A stretch of 64,000 nt of DNA. It comes from a bacterium. Its GTDB lineage: Bacteria > Zhuqueibacterota > QNDG01 > JAFGCO01. The stretch spans positions 66,529 through 130,528 of the forward strand of contig JAFGGN010000037.1 in assembly GCA_016930535.1 (NCBI GenBank), read 5' to 3'. The first letter of the stretch is position 1, and every line of letters starts with the position of its first letter. Position numbers and translations under genes: made by a program. Below, piece after piece: positions 51,101 to 58,229 of the stretch. Under the pieces are notes generated by a model. The model was not told where the DNA came from and did no database searches. It saw only the letters and a program-made list of their open reading frames with translations.

Positions 51101-54100
51101 CGGACACATTGGGAACGCCGTTCTTGGCCGAATCGAAAACCTTGACCCGGTTCGACTGGGCCAGGTTCTTCCCAACCGTGCCTGAAACCATCTGGGGCGG
51201 CAGGATCGCGAGCGAATCGGCCGTGGATGCCTTGGCCGTGAACCGGTAATAAATGCCTTCCGGCGGATAAAGCACCGTCTGGCCGTTCGTGGCCCATACC
51301 TTGATGATATTGTTGTATTCGCCGGCCGTTTCACCGAGATAGTATTCAATACCGGCCAGGCCGTCTCCGAATGTGGATACCGTGGCGTGCGTGCTGTCCG
51401 GCGTCATGCCTTCAAAATGACCGCCGCCGGCCGTGATCTCGAAGTGCACCGGCTGTCCGACCACGGGCTGACCATCCTTGTCCACCATACGGACAACGAT
51501 CGCAGAGTTCAGTTTTTCCGTGACAATACCCTCCAGACTGTCCTGGCTCACTTTTTCGAGCCGTGACGCCGTGGATTTGGCGATCAGGGTGAATTTGATC
51601 GGCGATTTTCCCGACGGAAGGGCGTTCAGTTTGTAAAATCCGTCGTTTGCATGGGCCTCGACCAGATCCTTGTATTCCCCGTGTACGATGCCGGCCTGTA
51701 TGTTGGTTCCGGCCACGCCGTTGTAATTGGTGAGCACGGTGACACTGTCCAGATCGCCCGGAAACTTCCAGCCGTGGTCCCTGGGTGTTCTCGTTCTGAA
51801 TTTCACCGGATGCCCGGACACCGGGCGGTTGTACATATCCTGTATCTGCACTTTCATGCGTGATCCCAGTGTGTCGCTCAGGAGCGCGATGCCGTTGTTG
51901 CCCGCATACATTCGGATCTTGGTGGCCTTGTAATACACGGAATCCGTGAAAATGATCTGGGACTGTGTGCTGACGCGCGCCCGGATTTTCACAACGCTCG
52001 ATGTGGTGCCGTAAAACAGCGTGTCCGACACGGTGCCGTCCGCAGCCGTCATCTTGGGCTGCCGCAGCCCTGTATGCGCATCTCCCTGCGCCACTTCGAA
52101 ATTGACCGGTACGTTTGCCACGGCATCGCTCTTGTCATCCAGAATTTTCACCTTGACATGATTCGGCAGCACATCTTCTATGTAATGTTTTGCTTTGACC
52201 GGAGAAATCACCTGAATCGTCTTGATAAGCCCTGCGGTCACGCGCCCTATAAATTGATACAGACTTCCCGTATATCCGGAAAAAGTGGCATTGACGACGT
52301 TCAGTGAATCCATGATGCCGAGCACAAGCCTCGCTTTGGCCTTGCCGCTGGCGTCCGTATTGACCACCACGGTCTGGGCGCCGTTCGACAGGAACCTGCC
52401 GTCGCCCTGCACAACGCTCCAGGTCACGGGCACATCCGGCGTCACGTTGCCGTCCGGATCTGTCAATGTCACCTCGAAATCCTGGGCCAGTGTATCCCTG
52501 GCAATGCCGGACTGATCCATCGTGGCTCCCAGCGGCGTGATGGTTGTGGGTGCGGCCGCAAGCCCGAGAATGTTCCACTGAAAGATCTGGTCGCTTCCGA
52601 ATGCCCTGGCGCTGACCGTATTCACGCCCGCTTTGGAACCCAGCGTCACCTTGGGAGGCACGCTCGGGTAACCGTCCTCGTCCGTAAACAGGGTCCTTAC
52701 CGTATCCACACCCGCGGGCATATAACCCGAATTCTTGGTAATGAGCAGTTTGTCCAGCTTGACGCCGTTGTGTCCCTTGTATATGCGTATGGTGTGTTCG
52801 CCGACACCGAGCTGCCGGTGAAAAATCACCTGACTCTCACCCATGGTAATCGGGGCCCATTTAAAATCATACCCGTCTGACGAATAGGTGCTCGGACCCA
52901 GCAGCCGCCACATGTCGTTGTTGTCGAAATTGCTCGGGTAGGGTTCATCCAGATGGAACCACAGAATCTGCTGCCAGTAACTGGTGGCCACACCCCGGCC
53001 CCAGAAATAATAATCCCCGGATTCGGACACATAGAACTTGATTTCCACGTATCCGGTCTGGGCCGATCCGGAGGAGAATTCGATGTATTTTCCCCTGGAT
53101 GCCTTGTGATGCTCGAGTGCGGCGATAATGCAGCCCTTGGGTTCGATTTTACCCCACTCCGCCTCCGCGCGTATGGGATTGGTAATGGTCGGCGGGGAGG
53201 TCAGTGCGGCCCCGTTCTGACCTTCCGATATATAATAGTAAAGCGGCCATCCGGAAATGGGATTCTGGTTCCCGTCACGCACCTGTATCAGAAGCGGTTC
53301 GGCGATCTGTGTTTTTACGGTTCCCTGCGTCGTGCTCATGGCCACCTGCGTGATCAAACGGTCCGAAGAAATCTGGCTCACCGTGCCGAATGCAAATACG
53401 TTGTTGTTCCGGCCGGGAATGGCATACAATCCGCTGAGGAAGACACCCGCGTATTTATTGCCGCTTCCGGAATGCAGCTTGGTATTGTCATAGAGCGCAC
53501 GCTCGCCTGCGGTGACGCTGTTCACATACACATCGAACCGGTTGTAATTGCTGTTCTCCCAGTCGATCACGACTTTCAGTGTATCGTCCGCATCCGGATA
53601 TTTGGGATTGCCGAGATTGTCCTTGATCACATAGGGCACGGCATCGATGAGGGATCCCGTGCCGCCGTTGGACAGGGAATACAGGTAAATGGCTTTCTGC
53701 ACGGTACGGATAAATACCACATACCCGTCCGCATTGGGCTGATCCGAGTTCAGCATCACGGCCGCTCCCCCGTTCTCGATGGCGGCCGGAGCGCCGTAGG
53801 TCGCCTCGTTGCCCCATACCATGCTGACCGTGCTCGGGTTCTTCCGTCCCTTGTACACAGCGATGGAGCCGGGCCAGTTTTGCGTGCTGTTGATATTGGT
53901 CAGTTCGCCGATCATGCCGGGTCTGTTGTCGATGCCGTAATCGCCCGTGTTGAGGCTCCATTCGTTGAGATCCGCAAAATGATCCCATTCCTGTGCGGGA
54001 ATTTCCGTCCTGATGTCATCGGGCGTGGACCAGTAGCCGATATTGCCCCAGTCGTCGATGGCCCGGATCACGAAATAGTACCGCGTCCCGCTGTTGAGTC

Positions 54101-55811
54101 CGCGCACCTTGAAGGCTTCGCGCGTGCCTGCGGGCAGGGGCTGTCCCAGACCCGGCACCACTTCGGCCATATTGTAATCGCTGGGATTGGAAAACGGCGT
54201 GGTCGACATGCGCAGATCATAGCGGGAAGCCGTGCCGTTGGTACCGTCGTCGCCCGTGGCATCCCAGTACAGGGTCACGGAATTGTAATCCGCATCGATT
54301 GCTTCGAAATAGGTGATGGGAGCCGGTGCAATCGGATCCACGGATCCGGTCTGGGCCTGAAAATCCGTGATCATGGCCGCATGTCCGCTGGATGGTACAC
54401 CGGAGCCGCCCTTGAACAGCACACCGGCGTACATACGTGATCTCGGCGCCCACGATCCGTGATGGTTGTGATACACGGTCGTGATCTGGGTGCCGTTGAT
54501 AAAAATGTCGAACGAGTTCCGCTCCACATCCTCGCGGAAAATCACCTTGAAATTGTCGCCGGGCACATACTGCTGCGACACCGTGACCGAGGAGGTGGGC
54601 AGCGCCGAATTGCCGGACTGGCCGCTCACGACGCTGAACACGCGGAGCTGGCTTCCCGTGATCCAGACCAGATACCCGTCCGCCTGGCTGGGCACCGTGT
54701 CGTCCAGGGCGATGGCCATGCCTATCGTAGAAAATTTGGCTGGATCCGTATCCGCATGAAATGTCATGTTGATGGAATTGGCGTTCTCAGTCATGGGCCA
54801 GACCGCCAGATTGTTCCAGGGCGTTCCTGAAGGCGGATCCGGCGCATTGCAGTAAATCGTGCCGTCATAAGTCTGTCCCGTCATACCGGACAGCTGAATC
54901 GTGGTCGTCGTGCGCCAGCGGTTGTTGTTGTTGAGCCCGCCTGCCGCGCGGTCGAAATTGTCACTGGCGCCCTGATCGATATAAAAGTACACCTTTTCAA
55001 ATAAAATCTGGGAACCGAGTGCCGTGTAACCCGTTGTATTGGGGTGCGTGGGATCGACATCTGCCGAGATCAGTGAGTAATAGGTGCTCATGAACGTTTT
55101 AAAGCGCGTATACGTATCCACCCAGACCACGCGTTCGTTTCCGACATCGGACGACCAGGTGGGATGATCGTCATACATGGTTCTGAGCTGGGCATTGTAA
55201 CTCTCGATACGGGAATTGACCTCCGGAAAGGTGATGCCGCGCGAGGCATCTTCGGCCTTGGGAATGATATTGCAGAGGAAGATGTGCTGAATCGTATGGC
55301 CGCCCCGGTTGTAGTCGAGCAGGATCTGCAGGATGCGATACATGCGGTAGGTCACGGTTCCGGGAGTCTGCCAGTCCCCTATGGGTGCGGAAGTCACCAT
55401 GTCGTTGGTGCCCAGATGCACGATCACGAAGTCCGGTAGCGAATCCAGGGGCATGGCATTGAGCATGGCCTGCAAGTTCCAGGTACTGTCCGGCAGAAAA
55501 TGACCGATGCGGCGGCCGTCACGGAAATATCCTTCATAGGGCGGATCATGATGCTGGGCATCGTAATAGGGATTGCCCGGCCACGGTCCCACGAAATTGA
55601 TATCCGCATTGGCGCCCACCAGTGCATTGTAAAGATGATCCCTGTATCCGTGCGTACCGCTGACCGTCGGGTTTTCCCGTAACAGCTTTCCCCACGTAAT
55701 GGAATTACCGAGGGTCATGATTTTGGTGGTCTGCGCGTGCAATCCGGAGAAAACGAGCAGAAAAACGCATAGAAGCACAGGAATGCGATCGTTCAGGCGA
55801 AATGACTTCAT
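48135..55811 (-). CDS. Giant (~2558 aa) secreted protein: SGNH domain, duplicated lectin-like domains, FN3, CBM6/35-like insert, roughly ten or more invasin-type Big_1 repeats and C-terminal sorting domain
   Basis: ATG 55811 with AGGAGG RBS, signal ..LHA|Q, GNSIT/HLGTND/DPTH, repeated V.D..GNPV.G..V.F units and QNFPNPFN. Confidence 0.82.
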   Translation of the reverse strand: MKSFRLNDRIPVLLCVFLLVFSGLHAQTTKIMTLGNSITWGKLLRENPTVSGTHGYRDHLYNALVGANADINFVGPWPGNPYYDAQHHDPPYEGYFRDGRRIGHFLPDSTWNLQAMLNAMPLDSLPDFVIVHLGTNDMVTSAPIGDWQTPGTVTYRMYRILQILLDYNRGGHTIQHIFLCNIIPKAEDASRGITFPEVNSRIESYNAQLRTMYDDHPTWSSDVGNERVVWVDTYTRFKTFMSTYYSLISADVDPTHPNTTGYTALGSQILFEKVYFYIDQGASDNFDRAAGGLNNNNRWRTTTTIQLSGMTGQTYDGTIYCNAPDPPSGTPWNNLAVWPMTENANSINMTFHADTDPAKFSTIGMAIALDDTVPSQADGYLVWITGSQLRVFSVVSGQSGNSALPTSSVTVSQQYVPGDNFKVIFREDVERNSFDIFINGTQITTVYHNHHGSWAPRSRMYAGVLFKGGSGVPSSGHAAMITDFQAQTGSVDPIAPAPITYFEAIDADYNSVTLYWDATGDDGTNGTASRYDLRMSTTPFSNPSDYNMAEVVPGLGQPLPAGTREAFKVRGLNSGTRYYFVIRAIDDWGNIGYWSTPDDIRTEIPAQEWDHFADLNEWSLNTGDYGIDNRPGMIGELTNINSTQNWPGSIAVYKGRKNPSTVSMVWGNEATYGAPAAIENGGAAVMLNSDQPNADGYVVFIRTVQKAIYLYSLSNGGTGSLIDAVPYVIKDNLGNPKYPDADDTLKVVIDWENSNYNRFDVYVNSVTAGERALYDNTKLHSGSGNKYAGVFLSGLYAIPGRNNNVFAFGTVSQISSDRLITQVAMSTTQGTVKTQIAEPLLIQVRDGNQNPISGWPLYYYISEGQNGAALTSPPTITNPIRAEAEWGKIEPKGCIIAALEHHKASRGKYIEFSSGSAQTGYVEIKFYVSESGDYYFWGRGVATSYWQQILWFHLDEPYPSNFDNNDMWRLLGPSTYSSDGYDFKWAPITMGESQVIFHRQLGVGEHTIRIYKGHNGVKLDKLLITKNSGYMPAGVDTVRTLFTDEDGYPSVPPKVTLGSKAGVNTVSARAFGSDQIFQWNILGLAAAPTTITPLGATMDQSGIARDTLAQDFEVTLTDPDGNVTPDVPVTWSVVQGDGRFLSNGAQTVVVNTDASGKAKARLVLGIMDSLNVVNATFSGYTGSLYQFIGRVTAGLIKTIQVISPVKAKHYIEDVLPNHVKVKILDDKSDAVANVPVNFEVAQGDAHTGLRQPKMTAADGTVSDTLFYGTTSSVVKIRARVSTQSQIIFTDSVYYKATKIRMYAGNNGIALLSDTLGSRMKVQIQDMYNRPVSGHPVKFRTRTPRDHGWKFPGDLDSVTVLTNYNGVAGTNIQAGIVHGEYKDLVEAHANDGFYKLNALPSGKSPIKFTLIAKSTASRLEKVSQDSLEGIVTEKLNSAIVVRMVDKDGQPVVGQPVHFEITAGGGHFEGMTPDSTHATVSTFGDGLAGIEYYLGETAGEYNNIIKVWATNGQTVLYPPEGIYYRFTAKASTADSLAILPPQMVSGTVGKNLAQSNRVKVFDSAKNGVPNVSVTFSVLNGGGTLAGSTDTTVTVKTQSSEGIGSVLWKLGIKAGTNNNVLEARAYNGIHELKGSPVLFYGSGISDMVDPDTSSIETSGSLVASGVDTCWITVTLRDKYGNPVSGKEVNIKVTGGTNYYDSKIGPTDLNGQAVGHLISPHSGEKVIEATVAVDNITLSENGVVNFDPNNAARIQPIFGSGQIGNVGTISKDSLAVRVTDVLGNPVANKRVYFQLTSTRGGRLLRSDDLSDVNGIACTYIIYGEETGEYTVEAIANTQLGEPLDGSPCLFMNTAKIGKAVTMFMVSGNNQQGPAGQVLPEPMVLGVMDVDGQPVAGVAITYEVESGDGSIVSSTVTDEYGESSAYFRTGTESGATGWVKAYNLTLSGSPIRFSAKSTAGLASRLAKLSGDGQTGVVGQSLPNPMMVKVTDAHGNPVSGTKITFAVASGEASFQGNGSVSRTTDASGLASAMLDLGYETGAVTVEASGLYLENSPIIFNANITTVQPATLVPLTDLTRVVSTNNYLPGAIKVQVQDAYGNGVPDVSVYFTKDTGDGNVVDAVTKTVVGDQIIASDDHGMAQIQFRAGSSAGTARIRAVSGEFTLQFVIDIRQNASLPVLNKALISSLYTVNENDQINPLTVFLAADDADGNALHFMVEQVGAVSRPPTMLLITESALTARIRWVPGFDDAGEYTFIARVVDINGGYDEKEFDVEVVDSPQAPTISKRMPVSQDTSVHAGMEHRFWIEATDPDLDPLTYTWRLDNQPLGSNSSLLRWNIPTSLRDVHLVSVQVSDGTLNDNYIWRVEIIAPMKVELAEFYALFDAQTNAVELVWSSASELRNSGFHVYRSTKQDGPFEQITSDLIRSENAMNYRYTDGSVEPGLNYYYKLMDVDEQGRSGEHGPVMVQIPRPEAYVLYQNFPNPFNPVTTIRYEIPKRDQVKILIYNMRGQLVTTLVNAELDPGYYESEWDGRNAQGHDVSTGLYIYRLQSSRKVITKRMVKMK

Positions 55812-55861
55812 AATACCCCTCCTAAGGCATACCATACCACTTAAAGGACGATTCGTAACAG

Positions 55862-55876
55862 GCAAAAATAATGCCA
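55862..55876 (-). promoter_or_regulatory. Putative sigma54 -24/-12 promoter
   Basis: TGGCATTATTTTTGC on the minus strand (TGGCA, GG-N10-GC, TTGC), about 50 bp upstream of the giant gene start. Confidence 0.68.
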
Positions 55877-56086
55877 CGGAAGTCCTTAACCAAGACTTGA
55901 ATATCTTATTTAATTACATTAACTTATAAACAAACAGCATTCAATGCGGTCCAGAGGATGAGACCCGGACTAAACAATAACGATGCAAGTGGTCGTTTTT
56001 CATCCAATGGCCGCCGTGGGCCCGGATCCGTGAATCCGGCGTGAAATGGCAGGTTAAATATAAGTAACCCCGAGGAATAAAGCAAT

Positions 56087-56117
56087 GAAAAAGTGTATCA
56101 ATATGAGACACTTTTTC
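56087..56117. promoter_or_regulatory. 31-bp palindrome: candidate enhancer-binding-protein site (or AT-rich terminator)
   Basis: GAAAAAGTGTATCAATATGAGACACTTTTTC, with a TGT.TCA-N3-TGA.ACA core. Confidence 0.55.
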
Positions 56118-56234
56118 CGGGTGATCGATCCGCCGTCAGATGCGTCTGTGTCGCTTCATTAGGATGTGCCGCTCAAAAAAATATCGAATGTCCGCCTCAG
56201 GAATATTTGAAGATCAGCCACGAAACCCGTCCGT

Positions 56235-58226
56235 TCAATGCATGAGAACCACTTTCCGTTCCGAACATCTCCCGCCTGCTTCGAGCCGCATCACATAGAC
56301 GCCCGAAGCCAGGGCGCGGCCGGTTTCATCACGCCCGTCCCAGAACAGGCGATGGATGCCGGGCGGCTTTTCAATACGGGCCAGCCTGCGCACGCGCTGC
56401 CCCTTCAGGTTGATCACGTCCACAGAGACAGACCATGTCTCGCGGCCGGCAGGCAGCTGGTATGAAATCGCGGTCCGGTTCCCGAACGGATTGGGGGCCG
56501 GCGGGAACAGCCGCACCGTCGGTGCGGCTTCCGGGGGCTGTAACAGACCCGGTGTCAGCGTATCGGTCAGCAGCACCCAGTAGTCCGGATCAATCCGCAA
56601 TTCCCGCACAGAATCCGGCACGGTCCAGGACCATTGATGGGAATCGCCGGCAATCCACACCGTGGTATCCAGATCCCCGGAAACGCCCTGAAGACGGATG
56701 TCCACGGGCATGGTAAACAGGGGGGCTTCCTGTTCTACCTGCAATTGAACCGTCATCCGGTTGCCGGATGTTCTCCACTGGTTCCAGTCATACGTGAGCC
56801 GCATATACCCGGTTCTGTAAATCCATTGGTCGAAGAACCAGTCCAGCGCCATCCCGGATTCCTGTTCGCACACAGCCTGAAACTCGGCGATGGAAGCGTT
56901 TTGATACTTGTACATCTCATAATAGGCCGGCAGTATGTTCATGAACGCCTCTTCTCCGACCAGATGTCTCAGCATATGAAGCACCCAGGATCCCTTGATA
57001 TACGTGATCCCCCAGTTGAACAGGCTCTCCCGGGGCGGATCATAAATAGGAAAATCGAAGGATTCCGTCTGTTTTATGTACACGTTCTTGTTGCTCAGAA
57101 GCTGCTCCAGAAACCGGGCCCTTCCGTAAAAATTTTCCCTGAAAAGCAGTTCGGAGTAGGTCGCGAATCCCTCGTTCAGCCAGATTTCCGGCCAGTCGCT
57201 CAGCGTCACCGCATCGCCCCACCACATATGCGCCAGCTCATGCACGAAACCAGATTCGTACGAACGTGCCCCGTTAAACCACCGCTGCACCACCGTGGTC
57301 ATGGTCTGATGCTCCATGCCGCCGAACCATGCGCTGGTCACCGTGGCCGTTCCGTATTTTTCGAACGGATAGGGCCCGAACCGCTCCTCGTAAAACGACA
57401 TGGCCGCGGCCATGTTGGCCACATCAATTTTCGCCTTGTCCGAATCTTCGGGAAATATATAATACGGCATCTCGATGGAGCGCCCTTCCGCACCCGTATA
57501 CCAGTCGGACCAGGTCAGGTATTCATCGGACATCGTGATGCAGATGAGGTATGTGGCAACCGGATATGCCGTGGCCCAGTGAAAGGTCTCCCAGGCACCG
57601 TCCCCGGAAAGTGCCCGGCTCTTCAACAGTCCGATGGAGGCCACTTCCACGCCTGCCGGCACGGTGATGAACAAATCGGCCGTGGCCTTGTCCCACGGTA
57701 CGTCGTGGCCCGGAAACCAGCAGCGCGCCTCCTCGGGTTCGGCCATGGTATAGGCGCATCGTTCCTGGAGATAAAAACCTTCGTCCTCCGGCTCGCCATG
57801 ATAACCGATTTTCAGGGAAAAGGTGTCGTTTATTGAAATCGCGAGAGGAAGGGACAGGGACAGCGTTTCCCAATGCTGTTTGTATGCCACGGGCAGTCCG
57901 CGGACATATATTGCATCGATGGTCAGTTCTCCCATCTGCAGATCCAGGTCCGACAGTCCGTCCATGGCCCTGCAGGTCAGTGTAACGGATCCGGAAAAAG
58001 CACTCGATTCCAAAGGAAAAGTCAGGTCGAACCCGTAATGAAGCACATCGAATGTGTCCGTGCTGTCGAACTGCATTTTGTACAGCGTCCGGTCCTTTCC
58101 CTGATACGGCGCCTTCTGGTACAGGGCCTTGTCCCGTTCAAATGGATTCGGTTGCCCCGACAGTCTGAATGACGCATTCATTCCGAACACAATAAAAAAA
58201 CACGCGATGGATGTAAATTGTCTCAT
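56235..58226 (-). CDS. Secreted M1-family aminopeptidase with FlgD-Ig/T9SS-type C-terminal domain
   Basis: GGMEH, HELAH-x18-E (NEGFATY), YIKG and PNPF..SGVY. Confidence 0.9.
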   Translation of the reverse strand: MRQFTSIACFFIVFGMNASFRLSGQPNPFERDKALYQKAPYQGKDRTLYKMQFDSTDTFDVLHYGFDLTFPLESSAFSGSVTLTCRAMDGLSDLDLQMGELTIDAIYVRGLPVAYKQHWETLSLSLPLAISINDTFSLKIGYHGEPEDEGFYLQERCAYTMAEPEEARCWFPGHDVPWDKATADLFITVPAGVEVASIGLLKSRALSGDGAWETFHWATAYPVATYLICITMSDEYLTWSDWYTGAEGRSIEMPYYIFPEDSDKAKIDVANMAAAMSFYEERFGPYPFEKYGTATVTSAWFGGMEHQTMTTVVQRWFNGARSYESGFVHELAHMWWGDAVTLSDWPEIWLNEGFATYSELLFRENFYGRARFLEQLLSNKNVYIKQTESFDFPIYDPPRESLFNWGITYIKGSWVLHMLRHLVGEEAFMNILPAYYEMYKYQNASIAEFQAVCEQESGMALDWFFDQWIYRTGYMRLTYDWNQWRTSGNRMTVQLQVEQEAPLFTMPVDIRLQGVSGDLDTTVWIAGDSHQWSWTVPDSVRELRIDPDYWVLLTDTLTPGLLQPPEAAPTVRLFPPAPNPFGNRTAISYQLPAGRETWSVSVDVINLKGQRVRRLARIEKPPGIHRLFWDGRDETGRALASGVYVMRLEAGGRCSERKVVLMH

Positions 58227-58229
58227 AAT

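Noticed and set aside
40231..55811. True cellulosome or horizontally acquired island
   Set aside because: No cellulase domains or multi-cohesin scaffoldin; no integrase, tRNA or flanking direct repeats seen
55812..55877. 22-aa N-terminal extension of the giant ORF
   Set aside because: Overlaps the sigma54-like promoter; RBS and signal peptide fit ATG 55811
55940..56050. Possible riboswitch upstream of the giant gene
   Set aside because: Only small hairpins, no recognisable aptamer, and it lies upstream of the predicted promoter
56127..56199. Four loose YCGC..TCA direct repeats
   Set aside because: Short, degenerate and irregularly spaced (17-24 bp); could be chance
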